Shown: one piece after another, positions 40,901 to 51,715 of the stretch
Layout of the letters: each line of letters opens with the position of its first letter
Numbering within the stretch: the stretch's first letter is position 1
DNA from: Ophelia neglecta
Taxonomy: Eukaryota
NCBI GenBank assembly: GCA_965285935.1
Contig: OZ260662.1
Location: forward strand, 100,812,001-100,876,000
Direction: 5' to 3'
DNA: 64,000 nt
Program-made: the position numbers and the translations under genes
The notes under the pieces: model-generated
The model's database searches: none
Told to the model about the DNA's origin: nothing
The model's input: only the letters and a program-made list of their open reading frames with translations

Positions 40901-42479
40901 TTACAACCTCTTGAAACTATATCGCCGATCAAATGGCCCAAAAATACTAATATTGACATGTTAAGTAATGAATCCATAAAAACTCTATTCTCCTTGAATT
41001 GTGAAATATATCCTCCCGCAAACCATATAACGGCCCCCTATTTTCATCAATTGGCCACTGTAAAAATTGTTCGACTCTTGTTTGTCTTGTTTTTCCGCCG
41101 ATTTCAGATATGAAGCTTCAATGTCAACTTACCAGCCAGTACGACAGAAATCGCCGTGAAAATGGTTTTAATTGTCGAATACAGAGATAAAAAATGTTTG
41201 TCGATACCGCCAATGTGTAGTGGTCAGGCTAATACTCTTTGTCTTGTGAATGTAAAACTAATTGGTGTTCTCGTAGTCAGAGGTAATGAAGGTCCTGGCG
41301 CAGTTATCTCTATCTTGATCAAGGTCTGTGATACAATGAGGCCAAGTGTCGAGTATACAAAGACCTTGTTTATATCAGACATGGGTGGGCCTAGTAGACG
41401 TCCAGCACGGTTACTTCAGCGGTTACTTCAGTGTTGGTTTACACTTGGAAGGAAAACCGATCGGTGCTTATCTGCTCGCTTAAGGAAACAAATGATGTGT
41501 ATTCTAAAAAAAAAATTAGTTATTATAAAATGGGGTAACTTGGTCGATTTAAGTGGGAAGTCCATCATGCTTTCATGATAGAGGGGTGACAATATGGAAA
41601 ATGGTAGTTATTTTGCCTTCAACAATTAGACAGAAAACATAAATAACATTATTGGGAATACTTTTTTAAAATTATTTTGTTAGCCTAAAGATCATTTCAC
41701 ATGGAATCATGACTCCAAACTTGGCATTTAATACCTCTTTTTCAGAATAAAAATATATTAAAATAATTTTCTTCGGTTGAATGATGTTCATAATTACACG
41801 AGAAGAGGTAAGAAATAAACAACTCGGAAATAACAACGGGTTACCAGGACATTTTGTTGAAAACTGACTTGATATTAATCAAGGAATAGCCAAATGCCCA
41901 TAAAATATATGTTTCGCGGCTCATTTATTTCATCTTTACAGTGGAACCCCTGGTGAAAGACCACCCAAAAATGGCCAAAAAACCACTCTTTTTGCTAAAC
42001 GAGTTGCCCTACCTGCCATGTATTTCAACCCCTGATGAGGGAGCTTCGGGATACGGAAAGAGATAGCTTGCGATAACTTATTCCTACGTGGGCAACTTAC
42101 TTCTTTGTTTCATAGTTGGCAATGACTCCCAGCGTGGAATGAGTATGAATGCCTCACAATACAAGTTATATATTTTTGTTATTCGACTTTGGGTTTGACA
42201 TTTTTGACACTATATTTGGTTGTATACTTGTTTTTCTTAATGAAGTTGCGATTGTTGTTCTTTTGAGAGTGCGGTCGCACGTTTTCCGTGAATTCCGACT
42301 GACTAAATGGGTTATTCTTAACCACCGAAGCTGCCTTGTCTTCAATGTGTTTTTCCTATTTGTTTTCATACGTTTTGTGAAATGCTTACCTACACCAGGC
42401 AAATCCATATCCCCGGGTGTGCTCCAGTAGTGTTGAAACGTGTCTAAGAGGTAGTGACATCTACCTGCCTGATGACATA
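37945..42479 (-). pseudogene. Pseudogene (paralog C) of the secreted solute-binding-protein family, exons 4-9 only
   Basis: Exons at 40575-40664 (duplicated at 42390-42479), 39597-39764, 39108-39244, 38813-38909, 38416-38535 and 37945-37985. Their sizes (90, 168, 137, 97, 120, 41) match the intact paralogs except a one-codon deletion in exon 4. Lesions: in-frame TGA at 39203-39201, exon-7 acceptor TGG and donor TT, a conserved Cys changed to Tyr. Exons 1-3 were not found. Confidence 0.9.
38150..38322. mobile_element. CAGTG-family MITE, degenerate
   Basis: ta-cagaaaaacctgcctta...ggtggtcttaatgcacaagttttattg-ta; lies in the last intron of pseudogene C. Confidence 0.6.
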
Positions 42480-43856
42480 CTGTAAAATAACAGCGTGTAT
42501 ACATGCTTATAGGAACCACTAAGGTATTGTATGAAGAATCAGACCATCTCTGGGCAATGAAACTGAATAAATCAAGCCCCCATGCCTCTGTCTGTATCAC
42601 AGTGAGCCTCGAGTTTGACTGTTACATAAAACGGGAGTGGATACCTGGACAAAACCAACTTATTAGTCAAGAATATTTCATTTTATCCAATATGAAAAGG
42701 CACGGCCTAGAGCTTTACAACCTCTTGAAACTATATCGCCGATCAAATGGCCCAAAAATACTAATATTGACATGTTAAGTAATAAATCCATAAAAACTCT
42801 ATTCTCCTTGAATTGTGAAATATATCCTCCCGCAAACCATATAACGGCCTCCTATTTTCATCAATTGGCCACTGTAAAAATTGTTCGACTCTTGTTTGTC
42901 TTGTTTTTCTGCCGATTTCAGATATGAAGCTTCAATGTCAACTTACCAGCCAGTACGACAGAAATCGCCGTGAAAATGGTTTTAATTGTCGAATACAGAG
43001 ATAAAAAATGTTTGTCGATACCGCCAATGTGTAGTGGTCAGGCTAATACTCTTTGTCTTGTGAATGTAAAGTAATTGGTGTTCTCGTGGTCAGAGGTAAT
43101 GAAGGTCCTGGCGCAGTTATCTCTATCTTGATCAAGGTCTGTGATACAATGAGGCCAAGTGTCGATTATACAAAGACCTTGTTTATATCAGACATGGGTG
43201 GGCCTAGTAGACGTCCAGCACGGTTACTTCAGCGGTTACTTCAGTGTTGGTTTACACTTGGAAGGAAAACCGATCGGTGCTTATCTGCTGGCTTAAGGAA
43301 ACAAATGATGTGTATTCTAAAAAAAAACGATACTTATTATAAAATGGGGTAACTTGGTCGATTTAAGTGAGAAGTCCATCATGCTTTCATGATAGAGGGG
43401 TGACAATATGGAAAATGGTAGTTATTTTGCCTTCAACAATTAGACAAAAAACATAAATAACATTATTGGGAATACTTTTTTAGAATTATTTTGTTAGCCT
43501 AAAAATCATTTCACAGGGAATCATGACTCCAAACTTGGCATTTAATACCTCTTTTTCAGAATAAAAATATATTAAAATAATTTTCTTCGGTTGAATGATG
43601 TTCATAATTACACGAGAAGAGGGAAGAAATAAACAACTCGGAAATAGCAACCGGTTACCAGGACATTTTTTTGAAAACTGACTTGATATTAATCAAGGAA
43701 TAGCCAAATGCCCATAAAATATATGTTTCGCGGCTCATTTATTTCATCTTTACAGTGGAACCCCTGGTGAAAGACCACCCACAAATGGCCAAAAAACCAC
43801 TCTTCTTGCTAAACGAGTTGCCCTACCTGCCATGTATTTCAACCCCTGATGAGGGA
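40226..43856. repeat. Tandem duplication, 2 x ~1815 bp (40226-42042 / 42041-43856)
   Basis: Near-identical copies. Junction cctgatgaggGAgcttcggg with 2-nt microhomology. It duplicates exon 4 of pseudogene C. Confidence 0.95.
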
Positions 43857-43910
43857 CAATACCTCTTATCAGACCACTTATTTGGTGGTCTCTCATGAGG
43901 TGCTCCAATG
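43753..43910. mobile_element. CAGTG-ended MITE; truncated duplicate at 41939-42042
   Basis: ta-cagtggaacccct...aggtgctccaatg-ta with TA TSD. The breakpoint of the 1.8-kb duplication falls inside it. Confidence 0.7.
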
Positions 43911-44597
43911 TACTACATTTGACATTTAATTTAGTTATTGAAAAAACAGTCTGGCGATGCATCGTTTTTTCTGGAATTTATACAACTTTGACATCATTGA
44001 ATTGCCTCATGTCAGTTATAAAAACAATTCGAACGATGAACATTATTTTTATAAAATTGTTCCTAACATGGGCCTATAATATCTAAAAAGTCCTGGGTTA
44101 AGGACTCACGTGTGTTATGTCTCCGTGCATGCATGTTAGAAAATAATAAACAGGCATGTTTTAAAATATATTAATAAGTGATTTGAGTAAAAGAGTAATT
44201 ACAGATTTTATCTATGTGAAAAAAATTAATATTCCAGACAATGAGCTCACAACCCATGTAATAATCCGAATAGTTTAATGCAAAGTGGAGAATATGTAGA
44301 ATAATAACTATTTTCACAATAACAAATAAAGAAAACAGCCAGAACACAAAGAGATAGTATCAGATTTTTAGTTCCTAAGATGGGGGGGGGGGGGGATCCA
44401 ACTACTCTATAGTAAAATAGCAAAACTAAGACCTCTGAAGATATGGGTTTTAAAGAGGCTTATACAGGTTCGCTAGAATGATCTATGTTCAACATTTCCA
44501 AGTAAATACTACCCCTAAGGCCCCTGGGATTGTCTGGCTTATACCAGTCTGGTACACTGAAGGCGGACCACGGCGTGTGTAACACTGTTACCTGACA

Positions 44598-47500
44598 ATG
44601 AAGACCATTGTTTCCTCAATCGTAATGCTACTCGCTGGTAAGTATGTTAATCAAAAATTTTACTCTACCTAAATTTATTTGATCGATGCAGTTCCAATAA
44701 TGTTTAATTCATGAGTAATTTTGTTAATGCAGTGCCATGGGAAGAGATACAGATTTTAATGAATAAATTGGCATTGGCTTTACGATGCGGTAACTAATGG
44801 CTACTGTAGAGCGCTCTTAATCGGAGTTGACAAGTACATAATTCTCAGAGCCGCAGCATTATTAATATTGAAAATTGTTGTTTTTCCATGTCATCAACGA
44901 TCCTTTTTATTGTCTATGATACTTAAATTTAAGGTATTGTTTGATGAATCTACTTGTTTCAGCATCAGATGCACTTGGTCACAATATGAATGGCGCCAGG
45001 GGTCGCTACCAATATGCAAAGGAGCATCAAAGACGAGACGACGCTGATCAACAAATAGAAGAAAACGAGGAGAAACCCCCGGTTCAGAACAAACATAGAG
45101 CGCATAGCAACAGCGAACAAGGAAGGGTCTGGCATTTCCAGGTCGATCCCTACCACTCACCTTGGGAGTATATGCAAGTTATAAATATTTTCCTTTCCTA
45201 TACACACCTTGATGTTTAACTGTAATGGTTGTACCATTTTACTGCTCATCGTATTTTGTATAAAAGACAATAGTCTAATAATCGCGAGGGTTTTATTAAC
45301 TGCCTTTGTATATATGGCGCCTATATTAACCTTAAACTATGGCAAAGAACTAAATATACTTACATTACTTACTTAAAATCATAATGTTTCCAAGAGGTTT
45401 AGGTGGTAAAATTGGATCGATGGAATATTAAAAAGAGTACTTCACAAAAAGCTACGAAACGAGTTAAATTAATAACGAAATATAACATTTACTGCCACTG
45501 TACTGTAAGTGGTACTGTTAGTTTCGTATTATTATATTAATTGTCGTTGTTCCATTGTCGGGATATAAGGGTCTAAATGGACGTTTGTCTACGATAAGAG
45601 CAACATTTAACTTTAATGTTTTTAATAATGCTTCAAGAAGTATGTACATACACAATCATGATGACATAAACAGTCCTCAACAACTAAAGAGACTCCTATC
45701 ATTTGACCTGATATATTTATTTACTGAGTCATATGTGGCAGGCCAACGCGTACCTTGTAGTGGTGGTACGTGTACCGATACTGCGATGGTTTTCCCCTTT
45801 AGCTAGTATTAGACACATATGCATTATGTCTTGCATTATATTCTGTTTTAAATTTCCAGAGACGATGAGGGGTTTGTAAAAGGGATCACCATAGATCTCA
45901 TCCTAGAAGGTAAAATCTCCTCGGGTATCCAGTGCATCTAACTCTGATGCTAATTTCTGTAAAAAGAAAACAACATTAAAATATCAGTCCCTGATGACAC
46001 ACTCTGAACACTTATTAGATCATTGTCATACCATTTTATCACGACGTGCAATTAATTGTCGGCTTGCTAATAGGCTTTACCATTAAGTGTATGCTTAAGT
46101 ACACTACAAGAAGTAAACGTTTGTTATGACTAGGCTGTTTGTATGTTAATTTTGTGCCCTGCATTCGAATATTTTTCCTTTAACGTTTATTAAATATGAA
46201 AAGCTTTATAATGTAAACTCGTGTACTGTAAATACCATTTTTGTATTTTAATGGTGCGGTTATGGCCCAGTCACAATGTCGGCGATCTGTCGGGGATTAG
46301 TTTTGGCCGGGGGTCGTCGTAGAAAATAAAGAATCCTTGAACAATCCTAGCAATAATCCTAATAAAAGTCGAGCAGTCACATTGTCTGAGATTTTTTCAA
46401 GGATTTTGACCCGGTTTTGTCGAAAAATCGTGGGATTAGCCTCCGATCGCCCCCGACTGCATCGGAGGCGATCGGAGACGATATCTGCGAGCGTCTTTTC
46501 TTTTAATTTTTCCCCCACCACGGCGATTTACTACGATTCCACCGTACGATTCGTCGGAGACGATCACAGAAAGCGTCGGAGGGCGCCTCCGATTCAGTCG
46601 GAGGGCGCCGGAGACTACTCGCAGACATTTAATCTCAACCTGAATTTCCAATCCCACACAGAATCTTGCGACTAGTCTCAGATTATTCGGAGGACGCCTC
46701 CGATTAATCGGCATCGTAGGTCATCGGAGATTGTGTCTGGGATGCCCAAAATGGGTGAAAAATCGTGCGAGCAATCTTCAAATTTTAAGTTCAAAGTTGG
46801 GGACCGCGACGGGTGTTGCGATGCCTAAAAAATCTGCGACAAGCCGCAGGCGTCCGGAGAGCGCCTCCGACGGGTGAAAAATCGTGAGATCTGTCTCAAG
46901 ATTTTGTTAAAATTTCCCGGGTTTTACCCATCGCCGACGCATCGCAACTGATTTGTGACTGGCCCATTATGTAGAACAGCTTACATTGTTAATTTATTTT
47001 TTGATGTCAAAGTTCTAATTGTTTAGCATTCCAGTAGTCCTTACAGGAGTCCAATAAAGAATTTTTAATATATTTTTTCTTCGCACAGTCTGTCGCCAGG
47101 CCGGTAGGAAGTGTCACTTCATAGTGGATACTCACCTCCACTGCTGGGACACATCCGGTGACACACCTTACCCTGGTGTTGGTAAGATGCATTTTGTCAA
47201 CAGAGCTGGCGCATGTTCTTTCAGACATAATTAAAAATCATACCACAACATTCCACACGATTCAAAATGTTATACTTCTTATAATTTTCAAAACAAAAAG
47301 CCTGGAATAATTGCTTGAAAGAAATTTTAAATTTGCACTATGCATTTTTTTATTTTAGAATAACGAGTACCTTGCGCCACATTGGAACATGAGGAGCATA
47401 CTGATATTAGTGCTCTTGTACCATATCATTACTTCATTTTATTATAGCAAAAAATCTCAATGACAGGTAGTGGATCTCTAATTAAATATGCATCAATTTA

Positions 47501-49504
47501 ATACATATTAAATATTCAAATATTATATACCCAATGCAACACCCACCCGTTCCTCAGGAAAACGTCCAAGCAGAAGTCCATTTGTATTCGATGTTTAAAA
47601 AGAACTATTCATGTGATTAAACTTTTATTGCAACACAACAAACTGCTATCATATTCTTTGGTGCCACTGGGCATTAGTTAAACTAAATTTTTGTTCTGGT
47701 TATATAATGTTTGTGGAAACTGACGTCTACGGAATTATTCGTAGCGATTATGTTGGCAATAAAAATTCTGCACTGTAGGTTTATTTGACAGCTGGTATGA
47801 CGGATGTATAGGCATGTTTGGAGCCCCGGAAAGGCTAAACAGTTTTAATTTTACCGTGCCATTTACGCCTAATATAGAGATAGCTTTGCACTATCGCTTC
47901 GGAGAAATACCTATGATGCCCCACAATCTCACTGACAGGAAAATAGGTAGGGAAATAAAACCAATGTTCTGTATTATACGTTATCTGTGTGATTCTTTAG
48001 TTAATATATGAACTAGTTTATTTTTTAATGCTGCATAGATAGTTGAATATTCCTAAATTGAATATCCTAAGATTCCTTATTAAGCATTAGGTGCAACTCC
48101 GACTCGCATGATCAAAGGCTGTTGACTACTTCTCATTGCAAAATATCTCAATTATCATTTTTAATTTTTTCATTTGCATTAAAAATTCTTTTTTGTTTGG
48201 GAGCTGGCGAGTGATGTATTTGGGCCTGTGGCTACATGTTCCTGGTGTTTTCAGAACGATATATTGGAATATTTTTAATTAATACTTTTGCCATACTTTT
48301 TCCGATTAACGTCAAATAAAAAAAATGCAACAAAGACGATCTGTTACGATTTTGTATAACATGACAACATATGTCTACATTCGAATTGTATGGTCGTAAT
48401 TTTTCATCATATAACTTTATATTTGTATGCTCATATCACCCCCGCCCCCAAATGAGAAAATATGTCCCCTAAATTCTACCTGCGGTTCACTGAGAAGTTC
48501 TATTACACAGGTTTTATCAAGGGTTACGCGGGTGGTAAAGATTGTCTGGCCAGGCAGAGTGTGTTCACTGGCAACCAACCGGGATACTACACCCCAGTGA
48601 TGTACGAGACTCATAGACAACTGATAACGGGACTGAGAACCGGAGAGGTAGGTTCTTGAACAGTTGACCTAAACAGAATGACGCAAATATGCCATCAAAC
48701 AAACTGCAGGAGCGCAAATGTATACAAAGTTATTTCTGGAATTAACGTAAGTGTAGCCCGTCTGGCTCAAAGCATTTATCAAAATATATACATGTGCCTT
48801 AAATTTTCATCAACATCCCAAACTCTCTTTAAACAAAACCTAAAAGAGCACGTGTTGACTTCTTTTGACAGAGCGTTAATAACGTCCATGAACCATCTGA
48901 CAATGTCTTTTTCTTCTTTAGATTGATGCTATACCTTATTCTAACATTTTCGACCCTTCAAAACGACACCAGATGGGGATACAAGCCACCGAGCCTTGGT
49001 TTTCTTGTACTACTCAGGGTAGGCAAGAGCAAGCGTCAGTCGCGATTTCGCACACATTGAAATAAATCTTAAATGTGTGTGTCAGTATTCAGTTTCATAA
49101 TGGAAGTTTCAGTATGTAGTGTATATTCATTCTCTTAATACGTATCCGTGCTAAATGTATCCAATGAATTAACCCCCCCCCCCCCCCTTCCTCCTACAGG
49201 AGCCTCAGTGATGGCGCGTTACGGAAGTCCAATGGTAGACTGGTGGAACAAGGGCTTCCAGAATCTAGTGGACAGTGGGTCCTACTCTAGTTTGTGTACC
49301 CAGGCCAAAGCAGTACACGGTCAGTAAGGTTGTACTTACAAGAGTTAAACAGTGGCTTCAAAACCTTGTCGCTTTATATGTCTCAATCAAAATAAAGCAC
49401 AAAATTTGGATGACGATAGCATAATATTGGCTTTTCAATTATATACTTATCCAGGAGACCGTGTCAAGATATTTTGTTTGGAGGATGGGGAACTGCAATC
49501 GTAA
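44598..49504 (+). CDS. Secreted bacterial-type family-3 solute-binding protein-like (PBP2 fold), paralog A, 321 aa; join(44598..44637,44963..45173,45860..45909,47089..47181,47779..47946,48511..48647,48922..49018,49200..49319,49455..49504)
   Basis: Signal peptide MKTIVSSIVMLLAASDA. SBP3-like motifs: PWEYIDDEGFVKGITIDLILEVC, PERLNSFNFTVPF, LTDRKIGFIKG, YETHRQLITGLRTGEIDA, WNKGFQNLVDSGSY. Exon sizes and phases match paralog B. Intron 2 has a GC donor. AATAAA near 49753 and 49762. Confidence 0.88.
46263..46966. mobile_element. PIF/Harbinger-like non-autonomous element (704 bp) in intron 3 of paralog A
   Basis: TIRs tggcccagtcacaa / ttgtgactggccca flanked by TTA on both sides. The GC/CpG-rich interior has repeated tcggag/ctccga motifs. 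Confidence 0.8.
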
Positions 49505-51644
49505 AACAAGGTGGAAGTAAACCAGACTGCACTTACACAGCACAAAGTTATATGAACAAGTAAAGCTATACTATAACACGTATCTTCCTAATGTCTCATA
49601 TTAAATGAATGTAATTATATTTTATGTAGAATATGCTTTTATGTTCATGCAATGTCTGGCTCCAATTATGCAAAAAAAGGCCCAAATTAGAACATTTTCG
49701 ACTTATTGTGGGTTTATGACGTTCTTCTCTCATCAAGCAATCACTATGCTGGAATAAAATTAATAAATGGCATCATATTTGATTTCTAGATCTGTCGCGT
49801 TTTTCCTAAGATTTAGTGTATCGTGTTTACTTGATAGAACAAATGCTAGTTCTTCAGTGTGTAAATATCAAATTTCAATTTACTGGACTTATTTGCCCCA
49901 AAGAGGAAGCATGTAAACTGCTACACAGAAATGAAAGAAGAGCCCCTAAGCATAGGATGCGTGATTGTCTTGCAGTAAAGATATCTCCTTGTGTCCTTCC
50001 CCAACCAGCAAATAGGTATTTCTATGGTGAGTAAAAAACAGCCTTGAATTAAAAGTTGTCAATGGCTCCTGGCCCTTTTGTTACGAGATCAACTTGAAAC
50101 TTCATGTGCCTGAAAACTGTTTGAATTCTACTTGTCTAAGCGCTTTCGAAATGTCTGAATCTGCTATGGAAAAGCCAGGTTATCGATGCCAAATATACCA
50201 GACACAGTCAGTGTCTAATAGCAGGCCTTATGTTATATCAATGATAAACACTTGGAAAATACACAAAATGATATATATGCCACTTGATATATTATAAACA
50301 ATGATTCTTTTAATCTACTCGATAGCTGGATTTTTTATTGATTTTTTATTGATTTTGTGTCAGGCAAAGGAAATTTCTCTGAAATTCGAATCTATCGAAA
50401 AATAAAAAATTCAAAGACAGGTCACCTCGTTTCAGTATCATAATTAATCATATTCAACAAAATAACTATTTTCTTTTCAGGCTAGAGCGCACCACCCCAT
50501 TTTAAGTTGGTTAAAATGAATAATTGCTAAGACCTCGCTCCTAAATGGTCTAAGGGGGTATATATCAAAGACAGTAGGATGGTAACAAGACAGTGCTTTG
50601 GCTTGTCACTTGATACTCCCATATTTAACATCTTACACTGCTCATTGTGACCTAGATGAATTACGGTAACAATTATGTAGCCAATCAATTGCCTTATCTC
50701 TAGTGACCCTCGGAATGGTTTAAACAGAACTTGGCGACCAGCCGTTTGAGACAGATAACCGACCTACATAAACGGTTAGTTCAACTGTTAAGTTCTGAGG
50801 AGCGACCAAAAGCCGAATTCGGAGGGGTCGCCTGAAAGGTAATACAATAAATCCAGCTGCTGCAAATAGTGATTCGTGTCACAAATATGCTGTATTCGGT
50901 TTATCTCACTTAGCCATATTTTCAGTCGGAAATCACCTTCCGATCTACCTTAGCGATGGAATATCATGTCGATAATATAATGGGTATTGATTCATTTTCC
51001 AACATTTGTCCTAATTACTTGATTTCTAACGGTAGTGTCAAAAACACATAAATTGAAATATCAACAACTGCAAATAAATTGCAGAGAAATGAACGTAAAA
51101 GAATCAGTTATAAACCGACATATGAGAGAAGTCCTCTTTGATGTCAATAATACCAGACATTAAGCGAGTCAGTATTCAATGCACAATGCGGACGAAAAAT
51201 GCCACCCAAGGAGTCCGAAAGCAATAAGTCAGAAGAGTGTTGCAGTAGTATAAACGAGTGTGGACGATTGTGTTTAAGGTCCTGCATTTCATTGATTGAA
51301 AGGGATTGGTTTTCTTTTCCTTTAATGGTCAGATTTTTTGAAAATGTATGTATATTTCGTATTTCTAATTTGTGTGACCACTAACATCCAGAACTTGGAG
51401 AACTATTTCAGTTATGCTAGTTATGGGTAAGTGATTCTTACTCGATATTAATCATGTGCCGGGCATGGATGTTCTCTAAAGGTTTTGCTCTACAACGGTC
51501 ACAGGGTCGCCCCTAACCAACTTCTAATCTTATCATTATATAATAAATTATCAAGATCCATGATTGATATTTTCCAAACGTTTGTCCGGCCTTTATCAAG
51601 ACAAATTCCATGGCTACTAGAATTACACGCTGGCACTCGCCTCA

Positions 51645-51652
51645 TATAAATA
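51645..51652 (+). promoter_or_regulatory. Putative TATA box of paralog B
   Basis: tataaata ~70 nt upstream of the GCCATG start. Confidence 0.45.
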
Positions 51653-51715
51653 CCTCTCAGACAGTTCCCACTCTCAGAAGGACTTGATTCACGGGTGCGA
51701 CAGCAAGACTTGGCC

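Noticed and set aside
40351-43352. 144-aa and 140-aa ORFs in the 1.8-kb duplication as genes
   Set aside because: The 144-aa ORFs are intron read-through around pseudo-exon 4. The 140-aa ORF is frameshifted in the second copy.
46297-46714. Overlapping ORFs in a GC-rich island
   Set aside because: They lie inside a TIR/TSD-bounded non-autonomous element and show no transposase motifs.
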